A stretch of DNA of 63,623 nucleotides, the filler included, from Stramenopiles sp. TOSAG23-6 (taxonomy: Eukaryota), in NCBI GenBank assembly GCA_900128565.1. It is 9 parts of 9 records of this genome, joined end to end, with 100 filler letters (N's around TTAATTAATTAA, not from the genome) between each part and the next. Parts side by side here need not be neighbours in the genome. Positions count along the whole stretch, not along the records: positions 29,705 to 39,494 come from LT636352.1; positions 39,595 to 49,357 come from LT636353.1; 7 more parts are not named here. The stretch is one strand, 5' to 3'. The notes under the pieces were generated by a model, which saw only the letters and a program-made list of their open reading frames with translations, did not search any database and was not told where the DNA came from. Made by a program: the position numbers and the translations under genes. Below are positions 36,385-48,323 of the stretch, one piece after another; position 1 is the stretch's first letter, and each line of letters starts with the position of its first letter.

Positions 36385-36648
36385 TATTATAATGATATGT
36401 AATAAACAGTATATTTGAGATTGTGATAAAAAAATAAAGTAGAGTCACACTTTTACATCATAATGTACATTAGAAATATATGAAGTATCATTATTTACTA
36501 TTTCTTTCGGTGATTTAGCTTTCGAGGTTTCAAACACTTAGAATTTATCTTACTTTTTGTGTATTATATAAGTTTCAATATGAAAATATACCTTTTATTT
36601 TAAAATGTTCTTCACATTTTTTACTATAGCAAACCAGCAAACATTTCT

Positions 36649-37578
36649 TTATTTGTTAGCTTCAGTAACTCGTGTTTCAGTGCGAAATTCTTCTTTCAAT
36701 TCATAAGTTCCTTTATTCGGACCTTTTCTTGCATAGATACAAAGCTCTCGTAGAGCTTGCTTCAACTGAGATGTGCCAACATTGATATGAGTGCTATGTA
36801 TATCTTTCATCCGCCAGTGTGGTTGTTCCCCGAATAAACTAAATAACTCTTCCCGTAGACGCTCATCATCCATTCTCTCGCGCCTTTCTGTTTTCTTACC
36901 ACGGCCAAGAGTAATAAGATTTCCTAGACCCTTCTCTTCCAACTTCTTTACACGAGCAGCCTTTGCGTTTGCAGCTTTCATTTCTTTATTCCGTTGTTTC
37001 ATTTCTTTTCTCGACAATGCATCAGGATGTAGTTTTGTTGATATATTTGCTGCTGTGCGCCTCATTGTGACTTCTTTAGCATTGCGTCCTTGGTCACCAA
37101 CACCACCTAAACCTTCTGGATCGAAAAATTCAGCTGTCCGCTTTGCATTGATATATTGGTCCCGTTGACGTTTTCGCAACTGGCGCCGATATCCCAAATT
37201 ATGCTTAGGTCGCATGTACCCAGACTCTCGAACATATCCTTCAATCGAAACATTTGCAGTTAAAGTATCATTTCCCTTCACAGAAAAAACACGCATACCA
37301 GTGCAGTCTGCAGCAAACTCGAGGTTGTACTCACGAGGGGCATTTTGGCACAACCCTTCGGGCAGCGTCACGACGGTCTTTTTACCACCTTTTCCTTCAG
37401 TCAATACAGCAGTACCTAGTTCTGTCCCTTCACGAAGATTTGGATTACACCAAGCTTTCATCACAGCCTTTGGTAACTTGACGAGAAACATCATCCTTCC
37501 TTGACGTTCGATACTAAGTTCATCATGTTTACGTTTCAACCGTTGGTCAGAAAGTGAAGGCGATAACTTTTGAGACAT
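36649..37578 (-). CDS. GTF2F2: Transcription initiation factor IIF beta subunit (RAP30)
   Basis: FLVKLPK, LFSLF....HW.MKDI, LKQALREL..Y.RKGP.KGTYELKEEF. Confidence 0.85.
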   Translation of the reverse strand: MSQKLSPSLSDQRLKRKHDELSIERQGRMMFLVKLPKAVMKAWCNPNLREGTELGTAVLTEGKGGKKTVVTLPEGLCQNAPREYNLEFAADCTGMRVFSVKGNDTLTANVSIEGYVRESGYMRPKHNLGYRRQLRKRQRDQYINAKRTAEFFDPEGLGGVGDQGRNAKEVTMRRTAANISTKLHPDALSRKEMKQRNKEMKAANAKAARVKKLEEKGLGNLITLGRGKKTERRERMDDERLREELFSLFGEQPHWRMKDIHSTHINVGTSQLKQALRELCIYARKGPNKGTYELKEEFRTETRVTEANK

Positions 37579-37920
37579 AGCAAAGGCCACTGTATGTTAG
37601 AGTATGTAGTGCCTATATAAATATAGCTATATGCATTCCACAATATATTGTATAGAACCTTGGACTTCTCGACGTGTGGTTTTCTTCATAGAAACTTCGG
37701 GATCATTCTTGATAGATTCAACCATCACACACTTCGACTTCGAATTCGTTTTTGACAATTGATTTTTCATTTTTTCGTGTTTATAAATCCAATTAATCCA
37801 ATTAGTCAAAAATCTGTGGGCGAGTCAACGAAAACTAGCTAGTTTGTTAAACTAGACGACGAGAAGAAGACTCAAAATAGGTCTAATTCCTTTTGTGCTA
37901 AGTTACTGTTGAATTTGCAA

Positions 37921-38847
37921 ATGAAAGCACCAACGCCGAATGCAGTCCATGTAGCTGCCCAGCTTGATGGGTATTATACTCTTTTGGGGCTGAAAAAGAC
38001 TGCTGATGAATCATTAGTAAAAAAGGCGTACAAGCGAGCCAGTTTGCGTCACCATCCGGATAAAGTTGGTGGAGACACGAAGGCTTTCCAGATTTTAAAT
38101 AGAGCAAAACATGTTTTAAGTGATGCGACTTTACGAAGACGTTACGATTACTTTGGACTTGATGTAGAAGAAGGTACAAAAGTGTCTCCCACAGATGGTG
38201 ATATAGATAAAGGGGGCATGTTTTCTGAAGAATTAAGTGCCGTCGTTGCAGTTCTTTTAACGTGCGCTTTCCAAATATTCGTTGGTGCCATTTTTCTATT
38301 TTGTACACGATATTGGGTATTAGAGTCATGTGTTACCATTATGTTTTCCCTCTTTGCATTTTTGCTATTAGCTTCCAAAGATGATAATACAAAAAATTTA
38401 GAACTTCTGCCATTTGAACCTAGGGAGCTTATCTATTTAGCAATCGTGGGCTGGCTGATGTGGTCATATGGTCCTTCCTATTGGGTTTATACATTTTGTG
38501 AATCGTATCTTCTTGGCCATGTGCTTTTTTTGAAAAGTGTCGTTAGTTTTGTAGCTCAAACTCAAACTGGGCTGAGTAACAAAAATATATTTTCACAAAT
38601 TGCAGAACTATTTTTACGGTTTATTTTATTATGCATGGCATGGTGGAGTCACGGACGTCTCTACTATTACATTCTTTTTATTATATTATTAATAATTGCT
38701 GCACCTATCATGTTTTTGATATTTTCTTTTTCGGAAAGTCTAATAAATCATACTGTGGATATCAAATTAAAGAAAGTTGGAGAAAAAGTTCGAGCTATCA
38801 TAAAACAAAAAGAAGAAGAAATTAAGAAGTGGAAAAAAAAAAATTGA
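37921..38847 (+). CDS. DnaJ-domain multi-pass membrane protein
   Basis: YYTLLG..VKKAYKRASLRHHPDK..F..LNRA..VLSD...RRRYD followed by hydrophobic segments. Confidence 0.88.
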   Translation: MKAPTPNAVHVAAQLDGYYTLLGLKKTADESLVKKAYKRASLRHHPDKVGGDTKAFQILNRAKHVLSDATLRRRYDYFGLDVEEGTKVSPTDGDIDKGGMFSEELSAVVAVLLTCAFQIFVGAIFLFCTRYWVLESCVTIMFSLFAFLLLASKDDNTKNLELLPFEPRELIYLAIVGWLMWSYGPSYWVYTFCESYLLGHVLFLKSVVSFVAQTQTGLSNKNIFSQIAELFLRFILLCMAWWSHGRLYYYILFIILLIIAAPIMFLIFSFSESLINHTVDIKLKKVGEKVRAIIKQKEEEIKKWKKKN

Positions 38848-39188
38848 TTGTTTGTAACGCATTTTATCAATAAAAATTGTTTATATTCTGTGAGAGACCT
38901 ATATATAGGTATATATACTTTTGATTTTCTAAAGTAGAGGAAAAGTTCTTAGTCTAAACGTGTTTTGAAATTTTTTTTTTCCGTTTTTTTTTTTTTAACG
39001 TCACTTCGACTTCACAGTTACGACATTCCTATATTCCTACTACTACTATAAAGTAACTTGGTACTAAGCTTTAGGCTTTTACTACTAGCTAGTATCTAAG
39101 CCTTAGGAGGAAGGTACAATCACTATCAAGATAATCTGCAGTGCAGTGGGATTTATTTCCAAAAACTTCTTCTGAAATAGCTATTGTG

Positions 39189-39494
39189 ATGGATACTGAA
39201 AATATAACTAAAACGCCTCTATTATGCTTCATGTGTGGAAACATGTTTCAACCTAAGGACTTATCCGCGCATCACAGAGAATGTGCAAAACTTCAGGACG
39301 CTATAAATGAAAATTTACTTAGACAAAACATCCAACCATTTGTTCCGACATTAGCGCAAGTCAATGTGCTCAATTGTGTTCCAATCGATACGTTGGATCT
39401 TCCAACACTCAGAGAATACAATACGCTCGCAACGATGTGTTTTAAAGCCAAGAAAAAAGCCAGATCTAAAAGTAAGGAAGGAAAAGAACCTTCT
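39189..39494 (+). CDS. C2HC zinc-finger protein, 3' truncated
   Basis: CFMCGNMF..LSAHHREC. Confidence 0.6.
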
Positions 39495-39680
39495 NNNNNN
39501 NNNNNNNNNNNNNNNNNNNNNNNNNNNNNNNNNNNNNNTTAATTAATTAANNNNNNNNNNNNNNNNNNNNNNNNNNNNNNNNNNNNNNNNNNNNTTTCAA
39601 AAAAAAAAAACTAAAATTTGTTAGGTACAAAATTTCGTACGAAAAAAAATAAATTCGAAATTAAAAAAAATAAAACATAC

Positions 39681-41984
39681 ATGTTTCCCATGTCTATCTA
39701 CACCTTCTTCAAAAGCTGTTCTCTCTTGGGAAGTCCAAGTTAAACCGACATCTGAACGTCGAGTGTTTGGAATGACAGACCAAGATCGAAAAGATGTATC
39801 CTCAATATCTTCATCATCACTTGCCTTGATTTTTTTAAGAGTTGAACCGTCTCGACCTTTTCCATCACCAAAACATTCTTCTTCTTTATCTTTGACATTT
39901 AATTCTTTTATAGTGTTTTTTTTAATGTTACTCTCATTATCACTAGAATCTTTTCTATTTATAAGAGATGTTACATCTGAATTTGACTCAGATGGAGGCA
40001 TAACATCAACGCTAAGTGTATCAGACTTCTCCCCCTCTTCCTTTGTATTCATTTTATGCACAGATGATGAAGACTCTATAGGGTTAGGGCTAGAAGTATT
40101 TACTATTAATTTGGGTTCAATTACTTCACCACCATTTGCAGTATGACACCAATACGTATCACGATTTGTTGATTCTAAAGCTAACGTAATATTTTCTACT
40201 GAACATTCTGGAACATTCTTTCTCTTCACTTGGTAGCGCTTACCAATACGAGGCCACATGAACATGTATTTTGGAAAAATATTTGAAAAAAAAAAACTAA
40301 AATTTGTTAGGTACAAAATTTTTATAAAAAAAAAACTTCGAATTTGAAAAAAAAATAAAACATACATCTTACCATTGAGCACTTTCATTCCATCAGGGAG
40401 AACTACAGGCTTTATACTAGCTGGTGTTTCTGTACTTTTTTGATCATTCGTTTTCTGAGAATTAGGGTTGGGGGGAGCTACAAAATCTTTAACAGTATCA
40501 ACTATTTGTGAATTTGTACTATCTTCAGAACGAGTGCGACCTCGACTGTATTTTAGAAAAATATTTCAAAAAAAAAACTTAAAAAATTGTTAGGTACAAA
40601 ATTCCGTACGAAAACCAAAACAAAAATCAAAATTGAAAAAAAATAAAACATACATACCAACACGCCATCGTGGACTATTTGGCGACTCAGACTTTTCATT
40701 TTCAATATTTTTCTTTGAAGGTTTCGGAGTTTTCACTTTTTCCAAAAATATTGCACTCTTACTCTTACTATTTCTTCTTTTTTTTGTGTTTGTCTTTTTC
40801 TTAATTTTCTTCAACATACTGGTATTTCTTCGACCTAATCCACCTTTTGTTCCAGTATTCTTTTCAATTTGTTTCAACATATCAGTCAGATCTTGATCGT
40901 CATTTAAGGTATTTTTATTCAAAATTTCCCGCGCTCCCATCGGAAACGAACTTGGTGCTGCGGTCACTTCAATGTCATTTTTATAACCGAAATTTTGAAC
41001 CGTTTTATTTTTACCAACACCAAAGTACCGTGCACCTCTGTCATAGGCCATTGCTGCCAACCTATCGGAAGGGAAAACACCTAATTTTCTTTGTAATCCT
41101 TTTACTGTAATTCGAGCTAACCAACGATTTTTACCGAGACACATCACTCCTCTATATACAAGTTTAATTCTATTTTTTGTACCATCTTTGTTTTGTTTTT
41201 TTTGATGTTTATTATTTTTATCGTCTTTTTTGGGGTCTACTGTTGCTACACTATGTCTAATCTGCCTCTTTCGTTGTTTTTTTTCTATTTCTTCATAATT
41301 TGTTTCATTCTTAGATGAACGCGTTTTCTTTCTAGCGGGTTGAACTGCTTTAGTGTTTATATGATTAGCAGTTGCTTTAGTTTTTTTATTAATATTTTTT
41401 CTACTCGAAGGGACTGTTTGAGGAGCGTTAGGGTTAGGGACAACACCGACTTGTATATTATCTTTTGAAACAGCCTTCTGACTACTAATACTTTTTTGCT
41501 TTTCGCTGTTTTCAACATTAGCTGATATACTATCTAAAGCACTTCCATCATTTGCACTTTGTGAAGATGATAAAGCAAAAGGAAGCTTTGCACTACTAAG
41601 GGACGATGAGCGTATCTTAGCATCTTTTTCCTTTTGTTCCTTTTCATGCTCAGCCGCAGTCGCTGCAAGAAATGCCCGAAGTGCAGCAGGTCCCATGGCA
41701 TCACCTAAACTAGCTCGCCAACCACTAGTTGAATTTCTACCTCTTCTTCTTCGAGTGGAACCAGTTGAAGAAGTAGCTTGAAGTTTTGAACTTTTAGTAG
41801 ATCCCCTTGGCCGCCCCACTTTTTTATGAACGCTTTCCCTTCCGGTTTTCTTCACATTTTCATCATGATCACCAGAAGCCCCTGAAACCTTTTCAGTATC
41901 TCTATTACGACGTTTACTATTGTTTGGTGATGATGCAGGAGATGATTTAGATCCCGAACGGTTTGTTTTCCGCACTGCGTCCAT
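39681..41984 (-). CDS. AT-hook/AP2/ELM2-like/SANT transcription regulator, 3' truncated; exons 41984-40654, 40545-40366, 40263-39681
   Basis: GRPRG; YRGV...WLARI..LGVF....AAMAYDR (AP2); PRIGKRYQ (ELM2-like); WTSQERTAFEEGV..HGK (SANT). Confidence 0.8.
40264..40365 (-). mobile_element. Introner-like intron, GT-AT, 102 nt
   Basis: AT|GTATGT...TGTACCTAAC...AATACAT|G. Confidence 0.78.
40546..40653 (-). mobile_element. Introner-like intron, GT-AG variant, 108 nt
   Basis: AT|GTATGT...CGTACGGAATTTTGTACCTAAC...AATACAG|T; matches the family consensus except at the last base. Confidence 0.85.
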
Positions 41985-42445
41985 CTGAGAGTTTTTTCTT
42001 TTTCACAGTTGAACTGAAAGTTCCTCAAATACGAGGGGCGTGGGGGCTAAAGGCTTACACGTCCAAGCAATACACTATTAGTAACAATGTCCTAGACACT
42101 AAGTTGTAATTTGGTATAAGAAGAAACTTTGGCCTTGCCGTAAATGCTTCACAAGAAGCTACCAGTTAGTTTCCGCAATAGTGTTGCATTGGGAACAAGA
42201 AGCCGGGAGAACATCGATCTCGTGGATACGATCCTTCGATGAAATTTGTTACCCGGTAAGTAAGAAGCAAGCCCACGAAATCGGGTCAAAATTGAAACAC
42301 ATGAAAATTCAAATTCAAATTATTTCAAAATTTGAAATGAAAAAAATTCTTCAAAAACTATAATATATATGAATAACCTTGCTAATAGTACGAAACAATT
42401 AAGCAACTGTAGAGTATATTATCAGTCTTGAGCAACAAGAATTGC

Positions 42446-43920
42446 ATGAATAGTGAATTCAGTAAAGGCAAGAATGTTGTTATCAAAGCTGGAACAATAA
42501 TGGAAACCTCAAAAAACGGGGAAAATGTTTCAAAAAACATTGTGATGCCAACAAAAAATATACTAAATAGCCTAATACTACCACAGCCTACTCCTCAAAT
42601 AAAACCCACTACCGAAGAACTAAAATTACAGAGTATTTGTCGAGATCAAATTAGGGAGATTATATCGTTGAGATCAGAACAACGCCGCATGTGTGGAAAC
42701 ATAAAAGAACTAAATTCTGAACGAAATGAGTTACGAGAGACACTGCAGAAACAACAAACAAAGTTGGAAAAAAGTGCTGTAGAATTAGAGACTAAAGTTG
42801 GTTACTACAAAGATGAGGTTAGCCAACTTCAAACGCAATGTTTTGAATGTAGTGAAACAGTAGTGCATGAAGACCTTGATGATGCAATTTACCAGGAAAA
42901 TCGAGTAAATGAATTTGTCAGATTATTAGAATTACTGAAAGATCGTCGTGAAGCGTCTACGATAGAGGAAGATCATCATTTAATACTTGAAGATAAGCTA
43001 CATAAAAAAGTGACTGAAATATCAAATGAATATTCAAAAAAACTTGAAAATTCATGGGAAAACCGGGACTCTCTTCTCGCTGAATTAGAGAACAAAACGG
43101 TAGAAATCAACTCGCTTTCAAAGAGTAATTATAATTTAATTAAATCAATGGAGGATGAAATGTATAGTTTTGAAGAAACATTAGAAATGAAATACTCTAG
43201 AGAAAACAAAGTATATACAAAGGAAATAGAAAGCAAAATGGAATTCAACATGCGAGGAAACCAATTTGAAGTTATATCTGAGTTACATGATATTCAAAAT
43301 AAGTATCAACGTACGTTTTCAATTTCATAATTTTAATTAAAAAAAACATTTCATACCAAATTTTGTACCTAACGATTTTTTTTACTAAAAAAAAAAAATA
43401 TTTTTCAAGAATAGTAACATGTGAAGAACGAGATGAGATAAAATATGTTGCAACAGAAACAATCCGCCAAATGCATCATGATGTAAAAAATTTTGAGATA
43501 GATATTATTGAAAAATTAAAAAGACAAAAAAAAAAACATGAAATTCAACTTGCTGCAGCCATTTCTAATTTTAATTTGAAAGAGGAAAAGAATAAAATAA
43601 CACAAAGAAGTTGTATAGACGTTGATAAGAAAATAAGTAAAGAGTGTGATTTAAATGTAAGAAATATTTGTTTTAGAAAAAATGTTTCCTCTAAACATAG
43701 TTGTAATAGTCCTAATGAGAAAAGTCAATGCAGTGAGTATAAAATCGACGAACCTCTAGAAATTGGTGCAATCACAAATTACAAATTCGACGAACCTATA
43801 GAAAGGACTTCAAATATTGGAAGTCTTCAATGTGGTAATATAGATGATAATCGGAGGAATTATTCGCTTTGTAAAGCAATTGAGAAACTGCAAAATATAG
43901 CATTACTTGGTCCACTATAA
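42446..43920 (+). CDS. Coiled-coil protein; exons 42446-43310 and 43415-43920
   Basis: Heptad-rich ORFs joined by a family intron. Confidence 0.7.
43311..43414 (+). mobile_element. Introner-like intron, GT-AG variant, 104 nt
   Basis: AC|GTACGT...TGTACCTAAC...AAGAATAG|TA; in frame. Confidence 0.75.
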
Positions 43921-44107
43921 TTTTTTAAACTAAAGAAAACTTTTAAAAAAAAAAAACTTCGCAGCTGACTAGGTATTTTTGTTCAAATTTCGTGTACTTC
44001 ATATATTTCTAATCTAATATATGTAAAAGTGTGACCCCCACAAACAACAACGCTCCTTCAAAATAAAAGCTGTAATAATTTTGTTCCTAGCACAAAAGTT
44101 TGGTGCA

Positions 44108-45588
44108 ATGAAACGACTTTATCGAGTAGGTTCACAAGTTGAAGTATTCTATGATGGAAAATGGTTCACTGCAATTATTCAATCATATAAAAAGAAAGCA
44201 CCTTTAGTTCAATACGTAGTTGATGGTTCTAAAGAGCAACTATACCTCTCTGAAATTAATACCCGAATCAGACCTTTAGAAGTACAGAAAAATTCACGTA
44301 CAACCGCAATAAATGAAAAAAACAGACAAAGTGTGTCAAAAGCGAAACGTAAAAAGAGTAAAAGAAAGAATTCAGACGATAAAAGTGAAAATCATGCTCC
44401 CCCAAAGGACAACTCATCTGGTCTCTCTGAATACGAGTTACGACGATTAGCTCGCATTGAAGAAAATCGTAAAGTTTTGGTTAAGCTTGGTGTCGAATCT
44501 GCTCGCAATGCAATGGGTTTATCATCAAAGAAATCTGAAACGAAAACATCTCAACCGCGAAAAGTCTCTAAAAAAAGACAAAAACGTAAAATTGTGGGAC
44601 AGGAATCAACAGTGTCTATTCGTCGATCAAAGCGTCAACGTGGTATTAAAGCAGTCGGTATCAAGGATATCGATGAAAAGATTATCGCTCGTACTGATGC
44701 CAAAGATTGGGAAGAACAAGAAAAAGATCGAGTAAAGCAAAGTGAGATAGATGTACGTTTTCATCATTCAATTTCAAATTTATTTTTTTTCATACGAAAT
44801 TTTGTACGTAAAAACAATATTTTTTTAAAGTATCGACGTTTTCATCATTCAATTTCAAATTTATTCTTCTTGTGTATTAGATGGAAAAGCTTCAAAAACC
44901 AATTTCACATAAATCTCAAATGTAACATAATTTTTCACAATAAATCTTCTCAAACGCTGGAAAGCTGATAAACCTAAAAAGTTATCCGAAGCTGATTGTG
45001 CTATGTATATTTCCATCATTTATTTCTTACATTTATTTTTTCGTACGAAATTTTGTACCTAAAATGTTTTTTCACCCAACAGAAAAAAATATTTTTTCAC
45101 AATACATGAATATGTTTCTCATTCCTACAGGTGTCCCGGGTGTGAATGACCATACATTAAAATCCATTCAACCTGGTGTTAACTCGCATTTATGGGGCTT
45201 CTGTCAGGGGTTATATAGTAGAATATTTCTTCACATTCGCCCAGGGGATCTTTTGTTAATGACATCTAGTGGAACTGGAAAGTTTAACTTAGTTGCAAAA
45301 GTCAAGGATACAAAAGTCGTCACTCGTGAAGAAGCTGATCGCTATTGGTCAAGAATGAGCTTTTCAATGGGTGGTACATCAAAAAGAAATGTGGGATTTC
45401 CTTTACTTGTACTGCTAGAACCACCTGCTAAAATTGATTGGCCAAAAATGGAAGTCATGCGGCTCCTTGGGTACAATGATCATTTACAATCAAGTAGACG
45501 GATTCCACCCGATCGCAAAAACACCCCTGGCGCACAAGTCATTCTTCAACGTTGTTTGAGTGTTATAAAAAAGTCACCAAAGAAGTAA
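44108..45588 (+). CDS. Nuclear protein with a Tudor-like N-terminus and a possible EVE/PUA-like C-terminal domain; exons 44108-44752, 44946-45004, 45108-45588
   Basis: VGSQVEVFYDGKWFTAII..VQY..DGSKE; LSEYE.RRL.RIEENR..L..LG; WGF..IRPGDLLLM. Confidence 0.65.
44753..44945 (+). mobile_element. Introner-like intron, GT-AT, 193 nt, with an internal duplication of its 5' segment
   Basis: AT|GTACGT...CAATAAAT|CTT; using the AG at 44880 instead leads to a stop. Confidence 0.65.
45005..45107 (+). mobile_element. Introner-like intron, GT-AT, 103 nt
   Basis: AT|GTATAT...CGTACGAAATTTTGTACCTAA...AATACAT|G; the internal CAG at 45082 is out of frame. Confidence 0.75.
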
Positions 45589-45685
45589 ATACATTTTTTC
45601 AATGTAAATACCTGTGTAAAAGGGGTATAGAATTATATCCCATTTAAGTAATCCAAAAATAAACAATCAACATCCTTACTCACAG

Positions 45686-47953
45686 TCAATTGAACAAATA
45701 GTTTCCACCGCATTCGTCATATACAGCTCTATTGAGCCATTGACCAGGCTCTATTGACTGTTGTATTTGACCATCTATATTACTTAACGTATTTGAAACT
45801 GCCAACAAGCTTCCAAACCATGGCAGAGTTGCACGATTCAAAACTTCATCAGAATTTGTAATATTATCTTTGTGACTCCTCCTATAACATTTTAAAATGG
45901 AACATTTAGTACCACTTGTCATTGACGTAGTTACTTTCCCCATCTCGCGCTGCACTCTTCTTTCAATCCCAGGAAATGACAAACCTCCACCACCAAGAGC
46001 GATATGCCTTAGAAATATATCAGCGGCTTTTACATTACCTTTCATTATACTGTTTGTAGATACTATTGCTGATCGAACGGATCTGTTTTGTGTAGATGTA
46101 TATAAATCATGCAATTAGTTCGAAATTTCTTTGAATTCAATCATACCAAAAAAAATGTATGTGTAAAAAATGTATTTAAATTACCTCTCCAATAATTCTG
46201 ATACACCCATTAATTCTCCTGAAAAGTATAAATCATCAGGAGGATCATATTTACTTTCTATTTCATTAGGGGGTGAGGCAGTGTAGTTTATGCTACTACT
46301 TCTACCATTATTCTTTATTGATATTAAATAGGAATGAGGATCAAATAGAGCTTCACATATTGTATACCTTTCTTGTTCTAAAGAAACATTAATTTTGGTT
46401 CCATCAGGTAATTTTAGACCTGTGCTACTTTCATAGTTTAAACCTAATTTGTTCATTTCGTTTGGGGAAGGTTGCCACTTACTGCAAACAGGTCGCACAT
46501 AACAACCTTTTTCTTTTAGAGATTCAGCCGATGTGAAATCAAAAGACATATTTGAAATTTTCTCTCTTTGATCAATGGAAGTCATGTTTTGATGTTTATC
46601 AATAACTTTCCATTGCAATAATAAAGTAAGATCTCGACCTCCCCATGGTGAGCACAATCGAGACTGCTGTTGCCTCTGTTTCATTACATCTATAGAAATT
46701 CCATGACCAAATTGTAAAGGTTCTCTGAGTTTAATATTGCCATCTGCAGTAACGACATCTTGGGGCCACAATTGCGTACCGTCAAATATGTATTTTGGAA
46801 AAATATTTCAAAAAAAAAACTTAAAATTTGTTAGGTACAAAATTTACTATAAAAACAAATTCGAATTTGAAAAAAAAAAAACATGCATTGCTGTGGAATA
46901 TGTCATTGAATGCCCACATTCTACAGCGATTCCCGTAACACAACCATGGGCTCTTAGTATTGAAACAGAACTATTTTCAAACCTAATCATTGGTGTATTT
47001 AATTCTTCAAATGCAACTGTGGAGTACGCTTTACAAACCCTATTCCAATCAGTCACTCCTCTTTTTGCTAGAGTATTGAATGGGTTTATTGTAAAGCATA
47101 GAGGAGGACATCGACTACCTGGTGGTGCTCCTACAAAAATACTGTCAATCGAAGATTTTAAAGTTTTGGAAATATTATCAACACAATCNTGTTGAAAATA
47201 TATATCTTTGAGTGGTTTAGTATAAGTTTCCATTTCTAAATATTTTTCATTACTTGTTAGACTTAATGGTTCATCATCACACGAAAATCCTATTTTTGTT
47301 GTGTTTGAGCCAATATCCAAAACCAAACTATTGCCATCACGTCTATGATCAAATCTATATTGCTGTACCCAGGTGGGTAGATACTTTTGATGTGTTTTCG
47401 CCTTTTCATTTCTAACGTTCCAAATAGAAGTTTCTTCTATTTCAATATTGCTATCTTTACAATCTTTATATACTGAATTTATTTTACTTGTCATCTCTTC
47501 AAATCCTTCCCCCACGGTTATTATCCAAAGTGCTGCGTCATTTAAATCACACTCAACGTCCAATGCTCGAATTGCAAGCTTTTCAGAAAATCCCATCTGT
47601 ACAAGAAGTTTTACATTTTCCAAGTTTTGCTTATTATCTTCTCTCATATACTTTGAATGTTTCACTCTGGCTACAGAACTGTTGTCTTTGACTTCAGGAA
47701 TCATCCAAGGCATGCAATTTGAATCTTTCCAGCGACGTTCATACAACTTTTTCCATACTGGGTCCGAGAGGGATGCTGAAGATTCACGCTTCCCCAATGA
47801 TATACACGAGTATACAGACTTCATGGGTAAATACTCGAAAATTTGCATTATTACAAATATGGGTAGTCCTCCTTGCGGATGCCTCTGAATTATTCTAGTC
47901 GGTGCTTCCTCAGAGAAGGGAAGGATAGTATAGTTAGAGACAACGGCACCCAT
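45686..47953 (-). CDS. F-box + UBA + actin-related protein; exons 47953-46887, 46787-46185, 46082-45686
   Basis: LPIFVIMQIFEYL..D.VWK.LY..RW (F-box); LVQMGF..A.RAL (UBA); LVLDIGSNTTKIGF, FEELNTP, TGIAVECG, GGRDLT, LPDG, ERY..EALF.P, GGG..FPGIERRVQRE (actin fold). Confidence 0.85.
46083..46184 (-). other. Ordinary canonical GT-AG intron (not in the repeat family)
   Basis: AG|GTAATT...ACTAAT...AACAG|A; in frame. Confidence 0.75.
46788..46886 (-). mobile_element. Introner-like intron, GC-AT, 99 nt
   Basis: AT|GCATGT...TGTACCTAAC...AATACAT|A; restores actin-like STAIFDG; contains an in-frame stop. Confidence 0.82.
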
Positions 47954-48323
47954 ATTAATAATACTCCCTACCCTACAACATTATCCTTAATATTTTTAGT
48001 TTAGTTTAAGCTATCGAAGTGGTTGATACTATACGACTTAGACTGGTACGTTAATAAATTCTTGTCGCCGTTAGATTTTGAAGTTTTTGAAAACGACAGG
48101 AACATACCGAACATACCTGGAAGCTTAATATAATTTTCTCAAGTCATGGAAACATGTAATGGTGTATGAATGACCAACTTGGGAGTTTATAAAAATAAAC
48201 AGGCTTTCACGTTGAATGTTAATGATTAAGCATTACATTATAAATTTACATTATTATAGATTTTTCTTTATTATAAGTTTCATAGTGATAATCATTAATA
48301 TCTGATACAATATATAAAAGTAT

